DNA of 64,000 nucleotides from Bacteroidota bacterium (lineage in GTDB: Bacteria; Bacteroidota; Bacteroidia; AKYH767-A; OLB10), in NCBI GenBank assembly GCA_016713925.1, contig JADJOH010000008.1, forward strand, positions 453,840-517,839, given 5' to 3'. How positions within the stretch are numbered: position 1 is the first letter of the stretch; each line of letters begins with the position of its first letter. Made by a program: the position numbers and the translations under genes. Below, one piece after another: positions 1 through 9,095 of the stretch. Under the pieces are notes generated by a model. The model saw only the letters and a program-made list of their open reading frames with translations. It was not told where the DNA came from and searched no databases.

Positions 1-63
1 ATATGGAATGCTTAAATTAAAATTCCGGTATTTTATGGTTACTCAGAAAATTGCTGTCAGGCT

Positions 64-1197
64 TTATTCCTCCTCCTTATTCATCAATTGCATGAGCAAT
101 GTGTATGCTTGCTCTGTGACAATATTTTCCGGCAGGCTTGCTTTTTCATCAATAGGAAGAATTTCAATATATCCTCCGTCTTTTATCCCCGTGCGAACCG
201 GTACCATGCTGTATTTTCCTGCAGCTTCTTGTTGAAAGATGTAATTTTTATCCTGATAACTGACAACAGCCCCTTCCGGAACAACATCTGTTTCTTTTTC
301 TTTGATCTGTATTTCCGCGTTCATGAACATGCCCGGTAAAAGGTTTTTGTCATAGGCTTCAAAGTGGCAATGTACTTCTACGCTCCTGTGCTCATCCAGC
401 TCCTTGCCGATCAAAATTATTTCACAGGGGAATTTCTTTCCCGGATCAGAGTTGGTCCATGTCATGACCTTTTGTCCGATGGAAACATATTGAATGTCCT
501 TTTCGAAAACAGTCATGTTGAGATGTATGTCTTTGGGATCAACCAGCTCAAACAGGACATCCGACGGATTCACAAATGCGCCTACATTCACTTTCACCAC
601 GGCGACATAGCCATCAATGGGAGAGCGTATGGCGACGCTGCGGGAGATGTTGTCATCGGTCAGGCCTTCCGGATTGATGCCCGCCAGCTTCAATTGCTCG
701 GAGAGGGAACGGATCAATACCTTGTTGGACTTAAACTCCGCTTCCGCCTCCTGAAAGGATTTATCACTGCTTGTTTTGGTGACATTTAATTCCTGCTGCC
801 TGGAGTATTCCTGCTCCAATTGTCGTCCTTTTATTTTTGCGGTCAAGTAGTCTTGTTGAAGTTGGATGAGTCGAGGGTCTTCCATCACCGCTAACTCTTC
901 TCCTTTACGGAGATGCATACCCGGTAGTAGTTTGGTTGATTTCAGATAACCACCCAAAGGAAAAGTTATGGAAATCATGTTCTGTGGTGGTACATCAATG
1001 ATGCCATTGACCTGTAAACGCGCGGCCATCTTTCTTTTTTCTATCCGACCGGTTTTTATGCCCGATCGCTGAACTTGTTCGGGAGTAAGCTGAACGGCAT
1101 TTCCATTTACCGGAGCTGCTGCTTGTTCAGCATTTTCTTTGTTACTCGTGCAGGCGATGGACTGAACAAGTAGTATGAGGAGGATTATTTTTTTCAT
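64..1197 (-). CDS. Efflux RND transporter periplasmic adaptor (membrane-fusion protein, CzcB/CusB-like)
   Basis: Full-length 377-aa ORF with a lipoprotein-type signal peptide (LVQSIAC). Residue pattern is typical of the HlyD/MFP barrel-sandwich family. It lies immediately downstream of, and co-oriented with, the CzcA-like pump, 1 nt after its stop. Confidence 0.85.
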   Translation of the reverse strand: MKKIILLILLVQSIACTSNKENAEQAAAPVNGNAVQLTPEQVQRSGIKTGRIEKRKMAARLQVNGIIDVPPQNMISITFPLGGYLKSTKLLPGMHLRKGEELAVMEDPRLIQLQQDYLTAKIKGRQLEQEYSRQQELNVTKTSSDKSFQEAEAEFKSNKVLIRSLSEQLKLAGINPEGLTDDNISRSVAIRSPIDGYVAVVKVNVGAFVNPSDVLFELVDPKDIHLNMTVFEKDIQYVSIGQKVMTWTNSDPGKKFPCEIILIGKELDEHRSVEVHCHFEAYDKNLLPGMFMNAEIQIKEKETDVVPEGAVVSYQDKNYIFQQEAAGKYSMVPVRTGIKDGGYIEILPIDEKASLPENIVTEQAYTLLMQLMNKEEE

Positions 1198-1198
1198 G

Positions 1199-4100
1199 TT
1201 ATTTGCTATTTCCGGTTAATGTATGGATGCGTATAAGCGCATGCCGGTACAAGCGCTCGGTTTCATAATATTGTTGTTGGATGTCAATTGATTTATTCAT
1301 AAACATAACCCACTGCATATAGTCGATGTCTCCATTCTCGAGCCTCTTTCCGGCATCTTGGGTAATCGTCATTGCACCGGTCAATCCTTTTTCTTTATAC
1401 CAGCTTAAACTTTCACGATAGGAATTCAATTCACTTAAGGTGGTAGTGTAGAAAATATTTAGTTCTTCTTCCGCCGAGCGTGTATGTTGTATAGCAATGG
1501 CCTCTTCAATTTTTCCGGCGTTCACCTTGCTGGCTCTGAAATTCCAGAAGAGCGGGATGCTGAGTCCAACCTGTATGCCATCAAACCGATCATTCCCATC
1601 AAAGAATATTTCAGTATCCCCTGACCGTTGCCAGCCTTTGATGGATTGGTTGAAATAGCCAATGCTGATTCCGGGCCAGGCTTGTGATTTCTCCAAAAGC
1701 GTTTTTGAATGCGCCAGTTTTTCTTCCTGTTTCATGGCCAGGAGGGAAGGATGTTGTTGAAGTGCGGATGGATCGGGTGTCCCGGGCCATGTAGTCTCGG
1801 GATTAAAATCACTAAGGTCGGCAGTTACCGGTGCAGTGGTGTGGAGGAGGATGTTCAATTGCTCGTTCAATTTCTTCAGCTCGGACAATTGATGTTGATA
1901 GGCCATTTTCCATTCCCCTTGTATCAGTTCTGCATAGGCCTTGTCGCTTCCGGTACTGCTTCCTTTTTCCAGCATTAACCGGCTCCGGTCTGCATAGACG
2001 GAATAGATGCTGTCGGCTGTTTTTAATAAGCGGACCTGTTGTTGGGTAGTATAGATGTCCGTAAAGAGCATCCATATTTTAGCGGTGATCAGTTGTTCTT
2101 CTTCTTTTAACTGCCATTGCGCCAGACTAATTCCATCTTTACCTAACTGTGATTTTCGGATATACGTAAACGGTAGTTGGAATTCCTGACTGATGATGTA
2201 TTTTTGATCGTTGTTTAGGCTGTTCACCTGTCCAAATTCACCACTTACTGTTGTCGCTCCCGGTTCCCAACTGCTTTGCTTCATTTTTTTGAAGTAGTCT
2301 ATGCGCAATGCTTTTGCGGTGACGGAAGGATTTTTCATGGCTGAATCCAGAGCAGCTTGTATAGAAATTTGCTGTTGTGCATTCGCCTGTATCGCGGGAA
2401 GAACAAGAAGGAGAAGAAGGGTCCCTTTGCGAAGATTTCTTTTGTTGATCCAGGTCTGCCTGTGGATATAAAGCAAGGGCACAAGAAATAGCGTGAGGAA
2501 GGTAGCAGATAGTAGTCCGCCGATAACCACAGTTGCTAATGGTTTTTGTACCTCTGCACCGGCACCATTGCTCAGCGCCATCGGAAGGAATCCCAGTGAC
2601 GCAACAGCAGCGGTCATTAACACCGGTCGCAATCGGGTCCTGGTTCCTTTTCTAACAATCTCGAGCGGGTCAAGAAGCCCTTCTGCCCTCAGCTTATTGA
2701 ATTCGGATAACAATACTATGCCATTTAATACCGCCACACCGAAGAGGGCGATGAAACCAATACCCGCACTAATACTAAAAGGTAAGCCGCGTAGCGAGAG
2801 GGCGATAATGCCTCCAATCGCTGACAAAGGAATAGCACTGAAGATGAGCAGGCCCTGGCCCAATGATCCGAAGGCAAAGTACAAGAGCAAAAAGATAAGC
2901 CCCAATGCCAAGGGTACGGCTATGCTTAACCGTTGTTTGGCTTCGATCAGATTTTCAAAGGCACCACCGTAAGTAATGTAGTATCCGGGAGGCAATTTAA
3001 TTTTATCATTGACCTTTGTTTCCAATTCATCCACTATACTCTGTACATCTCTTCCTCTTACATTGAAGCCAACAATAATTCTTCTCTTCGCATCTTCACG
3101 CTGTATCTGATTAGGTCCGTCTTTCACTTCTACCTCTGCGACCTGATAAAGCGGTATTTGCAATCCGTTTTTTGTGGGGATGAGTAAGTTGCTTACATCA
3201 TTCTCATCTTTCCGCAACGCCAGATCTAAGCGAACGACCAGATCAAATCTGCGTTCTCCTTCAAACACCTGACCGCTGATTTGTCCGGCGAAAGCAGCAT
3301 TGACCACTTTATTGACTTCTTCTACCGGTACTCCATATTGCGCCAAGGCCTGACGGTTGTAGCGAATAACAATCTGTGGCATTCCTGTCATGCTCTCTAC
3401 ATAGAGGTCGCGGGATCCTTCTACTTGCTGCGTCAATTTCCCTAAGATGTTTGCATAACGCGTGAGGGTATCCAAATCTTCTCCAAAAATTTTGCAGACC
3501 ACATCTTGTCGTGCTCCCGTCATGAGTTCATTGAAACGCATTTGTACCGGATATTGAAATCCTGCCGTGATACCCGGAATTTTCTGAAGTTCGGTACTCA
3601 TTTTCTCGGTCAACTCATCGAAGGTTTTGGCGGAAGTCCAGTCTTTTTTATCTTTCAAAATCACCATCATATCACTCGCCTCAATGGGCATGGGATCGGT
3701 TGGAATTTCTCCGCTACCAATTTTAGTGACGATCTTTTCTACTTCAGGAAATTTCTCTTTCAAAAGTTTTGCCGCTTCTGTAGTCGCTTTAATGGTCATG
3801 GTCAGACTGCTTCCTGTCATCACCCGTGTATCTACTGCCAGATCGCCCTCCTCTAACTCCGGAATAAACTCTCCTCCCATATTCATCAGCAAAAGCATAC
3901 TGACGACAAACGCAACGATGGATCCTCCAATAACAAGCATAGGTTTACGGACAAACTTCTCCAGCCAACGACTGAATAAATGCTCTAATTTCTCCATCAT
4001 CTTATCAGAGAAATTTTTAGTATGACTGATTTTCTTACTCAGGAATAAGCTGCTCATCATGGGGATATAGGTAAGCGACAGAATAAATGCACCCAACAAA

Positions 4101-5560
4101 GCGAAAGCTACGGTTTGTGCCATGGGCTTGAACATTTTTCCTTCTATTCCTTCCAACATAAAGATGGGGAGGTATACAATCAGAATAATCACTTGACCGA
4201 ATACCGCACTATTCATCATTCGGGTAGAAGAAGAAATGACTTCATGATTCATTTCTTCCTGTGTGAGTACTTTTCCTTCACCCAGTTTTCGGCTATGCAT
4301 CAACCGGTGCATGACGGCTTCCACGATAATCACTGCACCATCCACGATGAGACCGAAGTCAAGCGCTCCTAAACTCATCAGGTTGCCACTCACTCCAAAT
4401 GCATTCATCAGTATCACTGCAAATAACATCGACAAGGGAATGACCGAGGCCACGATTAAACCGGCACGAATATGTCCGAGGAATAGCACCAATACAAACA
4501 CAACGATCAATGCTCCTTCCAGCAAATTTTTCTCTACTGTACCAATGGCATTATTCACCATCTTGGTACGATCCAGAAAGGGTTCTATGATGACTCCTTG
4601 CGGAAGGCTCTTGCGAATCTGCTCAATACGTCCTTTCACAATATCGATCACTTCGGAAGAGTTGGCCCCTTTCAGCATCATGACGATACCACCAGCTACC
4701 TCTCCGTCATCATTGTAGGTCATGGCACCATAACGGTTCGCCTGTCCGAAACGGATTTCAGAAACGTCTTTCATCAAAACCGGTAAACCATTGGGAAGAT
4801 TTTTAACCGCAATTTGTTCAATGTCCTTCAGTGAATTGACAAGACCTTCAGTTCTTATGAATAATACGGAAGGACCTTTCTCAATGTACGCACCGCCCGT
4901 ATTGCTGTTGTTGTTCGAGAGTGCTGTGAAAATATCGCTGATGCTGAGTCCATAGGATTTCAGTTTCCGGGCATCCACTGCAATCTCATATTGTTTCAGT
5001 TTGCCGCCAAAGCTGCTGATATCAGCGATACCTTTTACTCCTAGAAGTTGCCGTCGTACAATCCAGTCCTGAATGGTACGTAGCTCCATCGCGTTGTATT
5101 GCTGCTCATATCCGGGAGCGGGGCGCAATACATACTGATAGATCTCTCCGAGTCCTGTCGTTACAGGTGCCATTTCCGGTGTTCCTAAACCCGGAGGTAT
5201 CAGGCTTTGCACTTGTAACAGTCTTTCGCTTACCTGCTGCCGGGCCCAGTACACATCCGTTTCATCGGTGAACACCAGGGTGACCAGAGAAAGTCCGAAA
5301 CGAGAGAAACTCCTGATTTCTTTCAGCCCCGGAATATTGCTATTGCCCTGTTCAATGGGATAGGTGATGAGACGTTCCACATCCGGAGCGCCCAAAGCGG
5401 GTGAGACGGTTATTACCTGCACCTGATTATCGGTAATGTCAGGAACAGCATCAATGGGCAGTTTTTGAAGGTCGTATAATCCAAACAGGACCAACGCTAC
5501 CGTCAGCAAACCGACCACCAACTTATTCTTTATTGAGAATTTGATGATTGCATTTAACAT
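1199..5560 (-). CDS. Heavy-metal efflux RND pump (CzcA/CusA family, about aa 1-1040) fused in-frame to a TolC/CzcC-like outer-membrane factor (about aa 1040-1453)
   Basis: The N-terminal 1040 aa are a classic CzcA-family 12-TM RND permease (MLNAIIKFSIKNKLVVGLLTVAL...). With no stop and no ATG, the ORF continues into a signal-peptide-like stretch (KGTLLLLLVLPAIQANAQ). This is followed by about 400 aa with OMF/TolC-like character. The OMF part is about 1199-2440 and the RND part about 2441-5560. Confidence 0.8.
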   Translation of the reverse strand: MLNAIIKFSIKNKLVVGLLTVALVLFGLYDLQKLPIDAVPDITDNQVQVITVSPALGAPDVERLITYPIEQGNSNIPGLKEIRSFSRFGLSLVTLVFTDETDVYWARQQVSERLLQVQSLIPPGLGTPEMAPVTTGLGEIYQYVLRPAPGYEQQYNAMELRTIQDWIVRRQLLGVKGIADISSFGGKLKQYEIAVDARKLKSYGLSISDIFTALSNNNSNTGGAYIEKGPSVLFIRTEGLVNSLKDIEQIAVKNLPNGLPVLMKDVSEIRFGQANRYGAMTYNDDGEVAGGIVMMLKGANSSEVIDIVKGRIEQIRKSLPQGVIIEPFLDRTKMVNNAIGTVEKNLLEGALIVVFVLVLFLGHIRAGLIVASVIPLSMLFAVILMNAFGVSGNLMSLGALDFGLIVDGAVIIVEAVMHRLMHSRKLGEGKVLTQEEMNHEVISSSTRMMNSAVFGQVIILIVYLPIFMLEGIEGKMFKPMAQTVAFALLGAFILSLTYIPMMSSLFLSKKISHTKNFSDKMMEKLEHLFSRWLEKFVRKPMLVIGGSIVAFVVSMLLLMNMGGEFIPELEEGDLAVDTRVMTGSSLTMTIKATTEAAKLLKEKFPEVEKIVTKIGSGEIPTDPMPIEASDMMVILKDKKDWTSAKTFDELTEKMSTELQKIPGITAGFQYPVQMRFNELMTGARQDVVCKIFGEDLDTLTRYANILGKLTQQVEGSRDLYVESMTGMPQIVIRYNRQALAQYGVPVEEVNKVVNAAFAGQISGQVFEGERRFDLVVRLDLALRKDENDVSNLLIPTKNGLQIPLYQVAEVEVKDGPNQIQREDAKRRIIVGFNVRGRDVQSIVDELETKVNDKIKLPPGYYITYGGAFENLIEAKQRLSIAVPLALGLIFLLLYFAFGSLGQGLLIFSAIPLSAIGGIIALSLRGLPFSISAGIGFIALFGVAVLNGIVLLSEFNKLRAEGLLDPLEIVRKGTRTRLRPVLMTAAVASLGFLPMALSNGAGAEVQKPLATVVIGGLLSATFLTLFLVPLLYIHRQTWINKRNLRKGTLLLLLVLPAIQANAQQQISIQAALDSAMKNPSVTAKALRIDYFKKMKQSSWEPGATTVSGEFGQVNSLNNDQKYIISQEFQLPFTYIRKSQLGKDGISLAQWQLKEEEQLITAKIWMLFTDIYTTQQQVRLLKTADSIYSVYADRSRLMLEKGSSTGSDKAYAELIQGEWKMAYQHQLSELKKLNEQLNILLHTTAPVTADLSDFNPETTWPGTPDPSALQQHPSLLAMKQEEKLAHSKTLLEKSQAWPGISIGYFNQSIKGWQRSGDTEIFFDGNDRFDGIQVGLSIPLFWNFRASKVNAGKIEEAIAIQHTRSAEEELNIFYTTTLSELNSYRESLSWYKEKGLTGAMTITQDAGKRLENGDIDYMQWVMFMNKSIDIQQQYYETERLYRHALIRIHTLTGNSK

Positions 5561-5672
5561 AAGGAAGAATTCTTAAATGAAGGATGAATAAAAAATCATA
5601 TCGTTATCAGTGCATGATACGATAATTGAATGATCAGCGCATAGACTGATCAGCACATGAAATATATACAGT

Positions 5673-6065
5673 TTAAGATTTGGGCGGATTCCAAATATCC
5701 GTGAAATAGGAATTGGGGGGTAGATTGTCTTTTGAAGGGATGGTAAATTCCCTGCAATCGTTCATTCCAATAGTTAAATTCCCCTCAGCATGTTTGCGCT
5801 GATAAAACTTCAGATAATCGGTATGCTGTGAGCAGTCATGGTTCTTAAAAGGAAGTTGAGGATGGTGATTCAGATCGTCTTTATGATTTGCCAAATTCGA
5901 ATTTAAAAAATGCATTTCCAGAAAAACGGAAAATGACAGATCAGGGTCTTCGGTGCGATGTTCCAGAAAATGAGTGAAGAGAACGGGCATCTTAAATACC
6001 TGATCCAATCCCGTGCCTGAAGCGGCAAAGGAAAATATCAATAAGTAGCCTACTATTTTCTTCAT
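5673..6065 (-). CDS. Small secreted His-rich protein (possible periplasmic metal-binding protein)
   Basis: 130-aa ORF with an N-terminal signal peptide and roughly 12 His residues plus Cys. It is transcribed towards the czc operon immediately upstream of it. No family recognised. Confidence 0.45.
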   Translation of the reverse strand: MKKIVGYLLIFSFAASGTGLDQVFKMPVLFTHFLEHRTEDPDLSFSVFLEMHFLNSNLANHKDDLNHHPQLPFKNHDCSQHTDYLKFYQRKHAEGNLTIGMNDCREFTIPSKDNLPPNSYFTDIWNPPKS

Positions 6066-6159
6066 TCAACACAAAGATAACAATAACTCGTTGAAGTCCA
6101 TATTCGCCCCTCTTTCTACCTGACTTCCAAACGATGTCCATCTTCCGTCGCTCCCCATC

Positions 6160-6295
6160 CCCCCCCAGTCTCGTCAGATTCAAATCGTCGAAGACGAATT
6201 GAGTAATGACGAGACGATCCCCCCGGTGATCTCGTCAGACTCATGCATCGAAGATGGAATGAGAAATGACGAGAAGAACGATCGTTTTATTACTT
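6160..6295. repeat. Two tandem copies of a roughly 55-bp hairpin element (CTCGTCA...TGACGAG arms); an inverted copy lies at 25836-25920
   Basis: Direct reading: agtctcgtcagattcaaatcgtcgaagacgaattgagtaatgacgagacga, followed by gatctcgtcagactcatgcatcgaagatggaatgagaaatgacgagaaga. The reverse complement recurs at 25852-25915. Confidence 0.6.
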
Positions 6296-6302
6296 TTGCC
6301 CC

Positions 6303-6710
6303 ATGCAACGCCCTATCCGTGTTCTCATTGCTAAAGTCGGCCTCGATGGCCATGACCGTGGCGCCAAAGTAATTGCCTCCTTCCTGCGCGATGCCGGTAT
6401 GGAAGTGATTTATACCGGTTTGCGACAAACTCCCGAAATGGTAGTGAATGCCGCTGTCCAGGAAGATGTGGATGCCATTGGCGTCAGTATTCTGAGTGGT
6501 GCTCATATGACTGTTTTTCCGCGGATCCTTCATTTGTTGAAGGAGAAAGGAATGGATGATGTGTTGCTGACCGGTGGTGGAATTATTCCGGATGATGATA
6601 TGAAGAAGCTGGTAGCCATGGGTTGTGGCCGGTTATTTCCTCCCGGAACAGAAACTTCGGAAATTATCAGCTATATGACGGAAGAAGTAAAAAGATTGAA
6701 AAAAATCTGA
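6303..6710 (+). CDS. Cobalamin (B12)-binding domain protein (methylmalonyl-CoA mutase C-terminal domain-like small subunit)
   Basis: [19 protein letters not shown]...GVSILSGAH... is the canonical B12-binding Rossmann motif of MCM-type mutases (DxHxxG). Only 135 aa; no catalytic mutase subunit is adjacent. Confidence 0.8.
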   Translation: MQRPIRVLIAKVGLDGHDRGAKVIASFLRDAGMEVIYTGLRQTPEMVVNAAVQEDVDAIGVSILSGAHMTVFPRILHLLKEKGMDDVLLTGGGIIPDDDMKKLVAMGCGRLFPPGTETSEIISYMTEEVKRLKKI

Positions 6711-6800
6711 CGTTCAACCGGTACCTGAATTAGCTGAAAAATTATTCTTTACAACACTCGCTAAACGCGTGAACCCTTACTACCAAACACGAATCACGAT

Positions 6801-7580
6801 ATGAACTATACCAACATCCTTTATACTGTAGAAAATGCGATTTGCACGATTACCATTCATCGGCCCGATAAGTTAAACGCATTGAATAAAGATACCATCG
6901 CTGAAGTGGGGAAAGCGTTTCTTGCTGCTCAACAAGATGATCATGTTCGCGGAATTATCCTGACCGGTAGCGGTGCAAAGGCTTTTATTGCCGGTGCTGA
7001 CATCAGCGAGTTCGCTTCTTTTAGTCTGGAAGAGGGGATGGCCTTGAGTGCTCACGGACATGACGTATTTAACAGCGTGGAGACATGCAGTAAGCCTGTT
7101 ATTGCTGCGGTGAACGGATTTGCTCTCGGTGGAGGATGTGAATTGGCGATGGCTTGTCATATGCGAATTGCTGCAGAAAATGCAAAGTTCGGACAGCCGG
7201 AAGTGAAACTCGGACTCATTCCCGGTTACGGAGGTACGCAACGTTTAGCCCAACTCATCGGTAAAGGCAAAGCGATGGAGTTATTGATGACGGCTGACAT
7301 GATCGATGCCAATGAGGCGTATCGTCTGGGACTCGTTAATTATGTTGTTCCTTCTGATCAATTGTTGGATAAGTGCCGAGAAGTATTGAATAAAATCATT
7401 GCGAATGCTCCTGTTGCCATAGCCGAAATAGTACATACTGTAAATGCGCATTATGACAAACAATCGGATGGCTTTAAAGAAGAGATCGCGCGTTTTGGTG
7501 CATGCTTTACAACAAATGATTTTAAAGAAGGCACTGATGCTTTTCTGAATAAAAGGAAAGCTGTTTTTACAGGGAAATAG
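6801..7580 (+). CDS. Enoyl-CoA hydratase/isomerase (crotonase family)
   Basis: 259 aa with crotonase-fold motifs (ITIHRPDKLNAL, AFIAGADISEF, ALGGGCELAMACH). Confidence 0.85.
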   Translation: MNYTNILYTVENAICTITIHRPDKLNALNKDTIAEVGKAFLAAQQDDHVRGIILTGSGAKAFIAGADISEFASFSLEEGMALSAHGHDVFNSVETCSKPVIAAVNGFALGGGCELAMACHMRIAAENAKFGQPEVKLGLIPGYGGTQRLAQLIGKGKAMELLMTADMIDANEAYRLGLVNYVVPSDQLLDKCREVLNKIIANAPVAIAEIVHTVNAHYDKQSDGFKEEIARFGACFTTNDFKEGTDAFLNKRKAVFTGK

Positions 7581-7669
7581 TTTCACGAGAAAGAATTATG
7601 GCGGTTTGATAGCTTCCTGTTTTTCAGGTAAATTATATTCTGTCTTATTCTTCAAAATTATTTTAAAAG

Positions 7670-7942
7670 ATGGTCGCGGTTCGAATCATTGTTACCGGTA
7701 AAGTACAGGGTGTATTTTTTCGTCAATCTGCACTCTCTAAAGCACTTGATTTAAAGCTCAGGGGATTTGTGATGAATCAGCCCGATGGATCTGTATTAAT
7801 AGAAGCTATCGGTGAGGAAGAGAATATCTAAAGTCTCTTCGAATGGTGCCATCGGGGTCCTCTTCCTGCTAAAGTTGAAAAAGTTCATAAAGTTCAAATT
7901 GATTTTTTTGCAGGCTATGATACTTTTCTAATCAAGAAGTAG
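7670..7942 (+). pseudogene. Acylphosphatase interrupted by an in-frame TAA stop
   Basis: An N-terminal 53 aa (MVAVRIIVTGKVQGVFFRQSALSKALDLKLRGFVMNQPDGSVLIEAIGEEENI) is followed by TAA at 7829-7831. In the same frame 36 more aa follow (SLFEWCHRGPLPAKVEKVHKVQIDFFAGYDTFLIKK). Together they make a typical roughly 90-aa acylphosphatase (VxGxVQGVxFR ... G.P.A.V). Confidence 0.6.
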
Positions 7943-8003
7943 CTACCGGCTACCGGCTACCGGCTACCGGCTTCTGGCTGCTTGCCGCTTGCTGCTTGCT
8001 TGA
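7941..8003. repeat. Degenerate 7-bp tandem repeat (CTACCGG)x4 decaying into (CTGCTTG)n
   Basis: Direct reading: gctaccggctaccggctaccggctaccggcttctggctgcttgccgcttgctgcttgcttg. Confidence 0.7.
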
Positions 8004-8040
8004 TTTTGACCGTCCCTGATAAATGCAAGTAAAATAATTT

Positions 8041-8233
8041 CAATGTATCTTATCGTATCTCAAAGTATCCCAACGTATCCCAAAGTATCCCAAAGTATAT
8101 CAACGTATCCCAAAGTATATCAGCGTATCCCAAAGTATATCAACGTATCTCAATGTATCTCAACGTATCTCAATGTATCTCAACGTATCTCAATGTATCT
8201 CAAAGTATCCCAAAGTATATCAATGTATCAATG
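8041..8233. repeat. Phased 10-bp tandem repeat, about 19 copies of CAAMGTATMY
   Basis: Direct reading: caatgtatct tatcgtatct caaagtatcc caacgtatcc ... caaagtatat caatgtatca. The period is exactly 10 bp. The ORF 8043..8315 is a translation artefact of this repeat. Confidence 0.85.
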
Positions 8234-9016
8234 TAAATATTTCACCAACGTTCTTTTCGCCAGTGGCAACAAGGTATCTTCCAACGGCAATGTCAACTCC
8301 GATTCAATGACGTAGGTAGCAGGGTTTGGTAAATTTTTATTGTAGAGAAGTAAGTCGTGCTTTATATTCTCGTAGGTATTGCGAAGCGTTTTTTCATACG
8401 AGTTGACATATTGTAATCCAATCGCTCTGTACCGTTCGTTGGGCTGATCGTAAATCGTAATCTGATATTCGAACACTACGGTTTCAGTAAGATTGCCATT
8501 CCGTAAAAACAAATAGCCGGCATCTGTATGCAAGGGAACAATGCCGACGGGATAAATATTCAGTTTGGATTCGATGAAATCATAAATTTTCTTTCCTTCG
8601 GCGAGATGCTGTTCAAATTGTGGGATGCTGAAGGCAATGATATTTTCAATTTCCCGCATGAGTTGATCATCATCGCAAAGTTTTTCATAAACGAGTTTAA
8701 AATGCTGGAAATCGGTTTGGCTGAGTTTTTCCGGGAAAGAGTCGAAAAGATTTTTCTTTTGTTCGCGCAATGCGACCAGATTACGGTAATGTTTGACGAG
8801 TTCGCTGAGTGCGGGGTAGAGCCGGGTTTCTTCAAAACGCTCACTTACATGTTGAAGATAGGCAAGTAGAAGGTACTTTTTATACTCGAAATCAATATGT
8901 TGTTCGGTAATCCAATTGTCGTTCAGTTTCTTTTCCATAGGTAATGATATAGTAACTACTAATTTACGAACGTATTGTACAACTTCAATATCGTGCCGGA
9001 AGAAAATTTGTTTCAA
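8228..9016 (-). CDS. Hypothetical protein (cytoplasmic, no recognised domain)
   Basis: 262-aa ORF with protein-like composition. The likely real start is the internal Met (MEKKLNDNW...) at about 8938. No family recognised. Confidence 0.5.
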   Translation of the reverse strand: MKQIFFRHDIEVVQYVRKLVVTISLPMEKKLNDNWITEQHIDFEYKKYLLLAYLQHVSERFEETRLYPALSELVKHYRNLVALREQKKNLFDSFPEKLSQTDFQHFKLVYEKLCDDDQLMREIENIIAFSIPQFEQHLAEGKKIYDFIESKLNIYPVGIVPLHTDAGYLFLRNGNLTETVVFEYQITIYDQPNERYRAIGLQYVNSYEKTLRNTYENIKHDLLLYNKNLPNPATYVIESELTLPLEDTLLPLAKRTLVKYLH

Positions 9017-9095
9017 CAGAATTGTGTTGAATATTACATAAATACCTTGCCAACCGTCTTGGTGGGCTTGTTAATTTAGACCATTCAAAGAAATT

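Noticed and set aside
364-5560. Numerous antisense or alternative-frame ORFs inside large genes (e.g. 364..789, 2493..2972, 4263..4718, 22942..23475, 28978..29247, 50604..50960, 56946..57306)
   Set aside because: They lie fully within well-supported long CDSs on the other strand or frame, are compositionally odd, and lack start context. They are treated as non-coding.
7826-7834. Selenocysteine or programmed readthrough at the acylphosphatase internal stop
   Set aside because: The stop is TAA, not TGA. There is no SECIS-like hairpin downstream, and acylphosphatases are not selenoproteins.
8043-8315. ORFs predicted inside tandem repeats (8043..8315, 16697..16885, 17177..17494, 60013..60387, 60036..60299)
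   Set aside because: Their reading frames are open only because of the repeat periodicity. The translated products are low-complexity echoes of the repeat unit (e.g. VSQSISTYPKV…, ELRNCTEVRITKLYGSANYE…).
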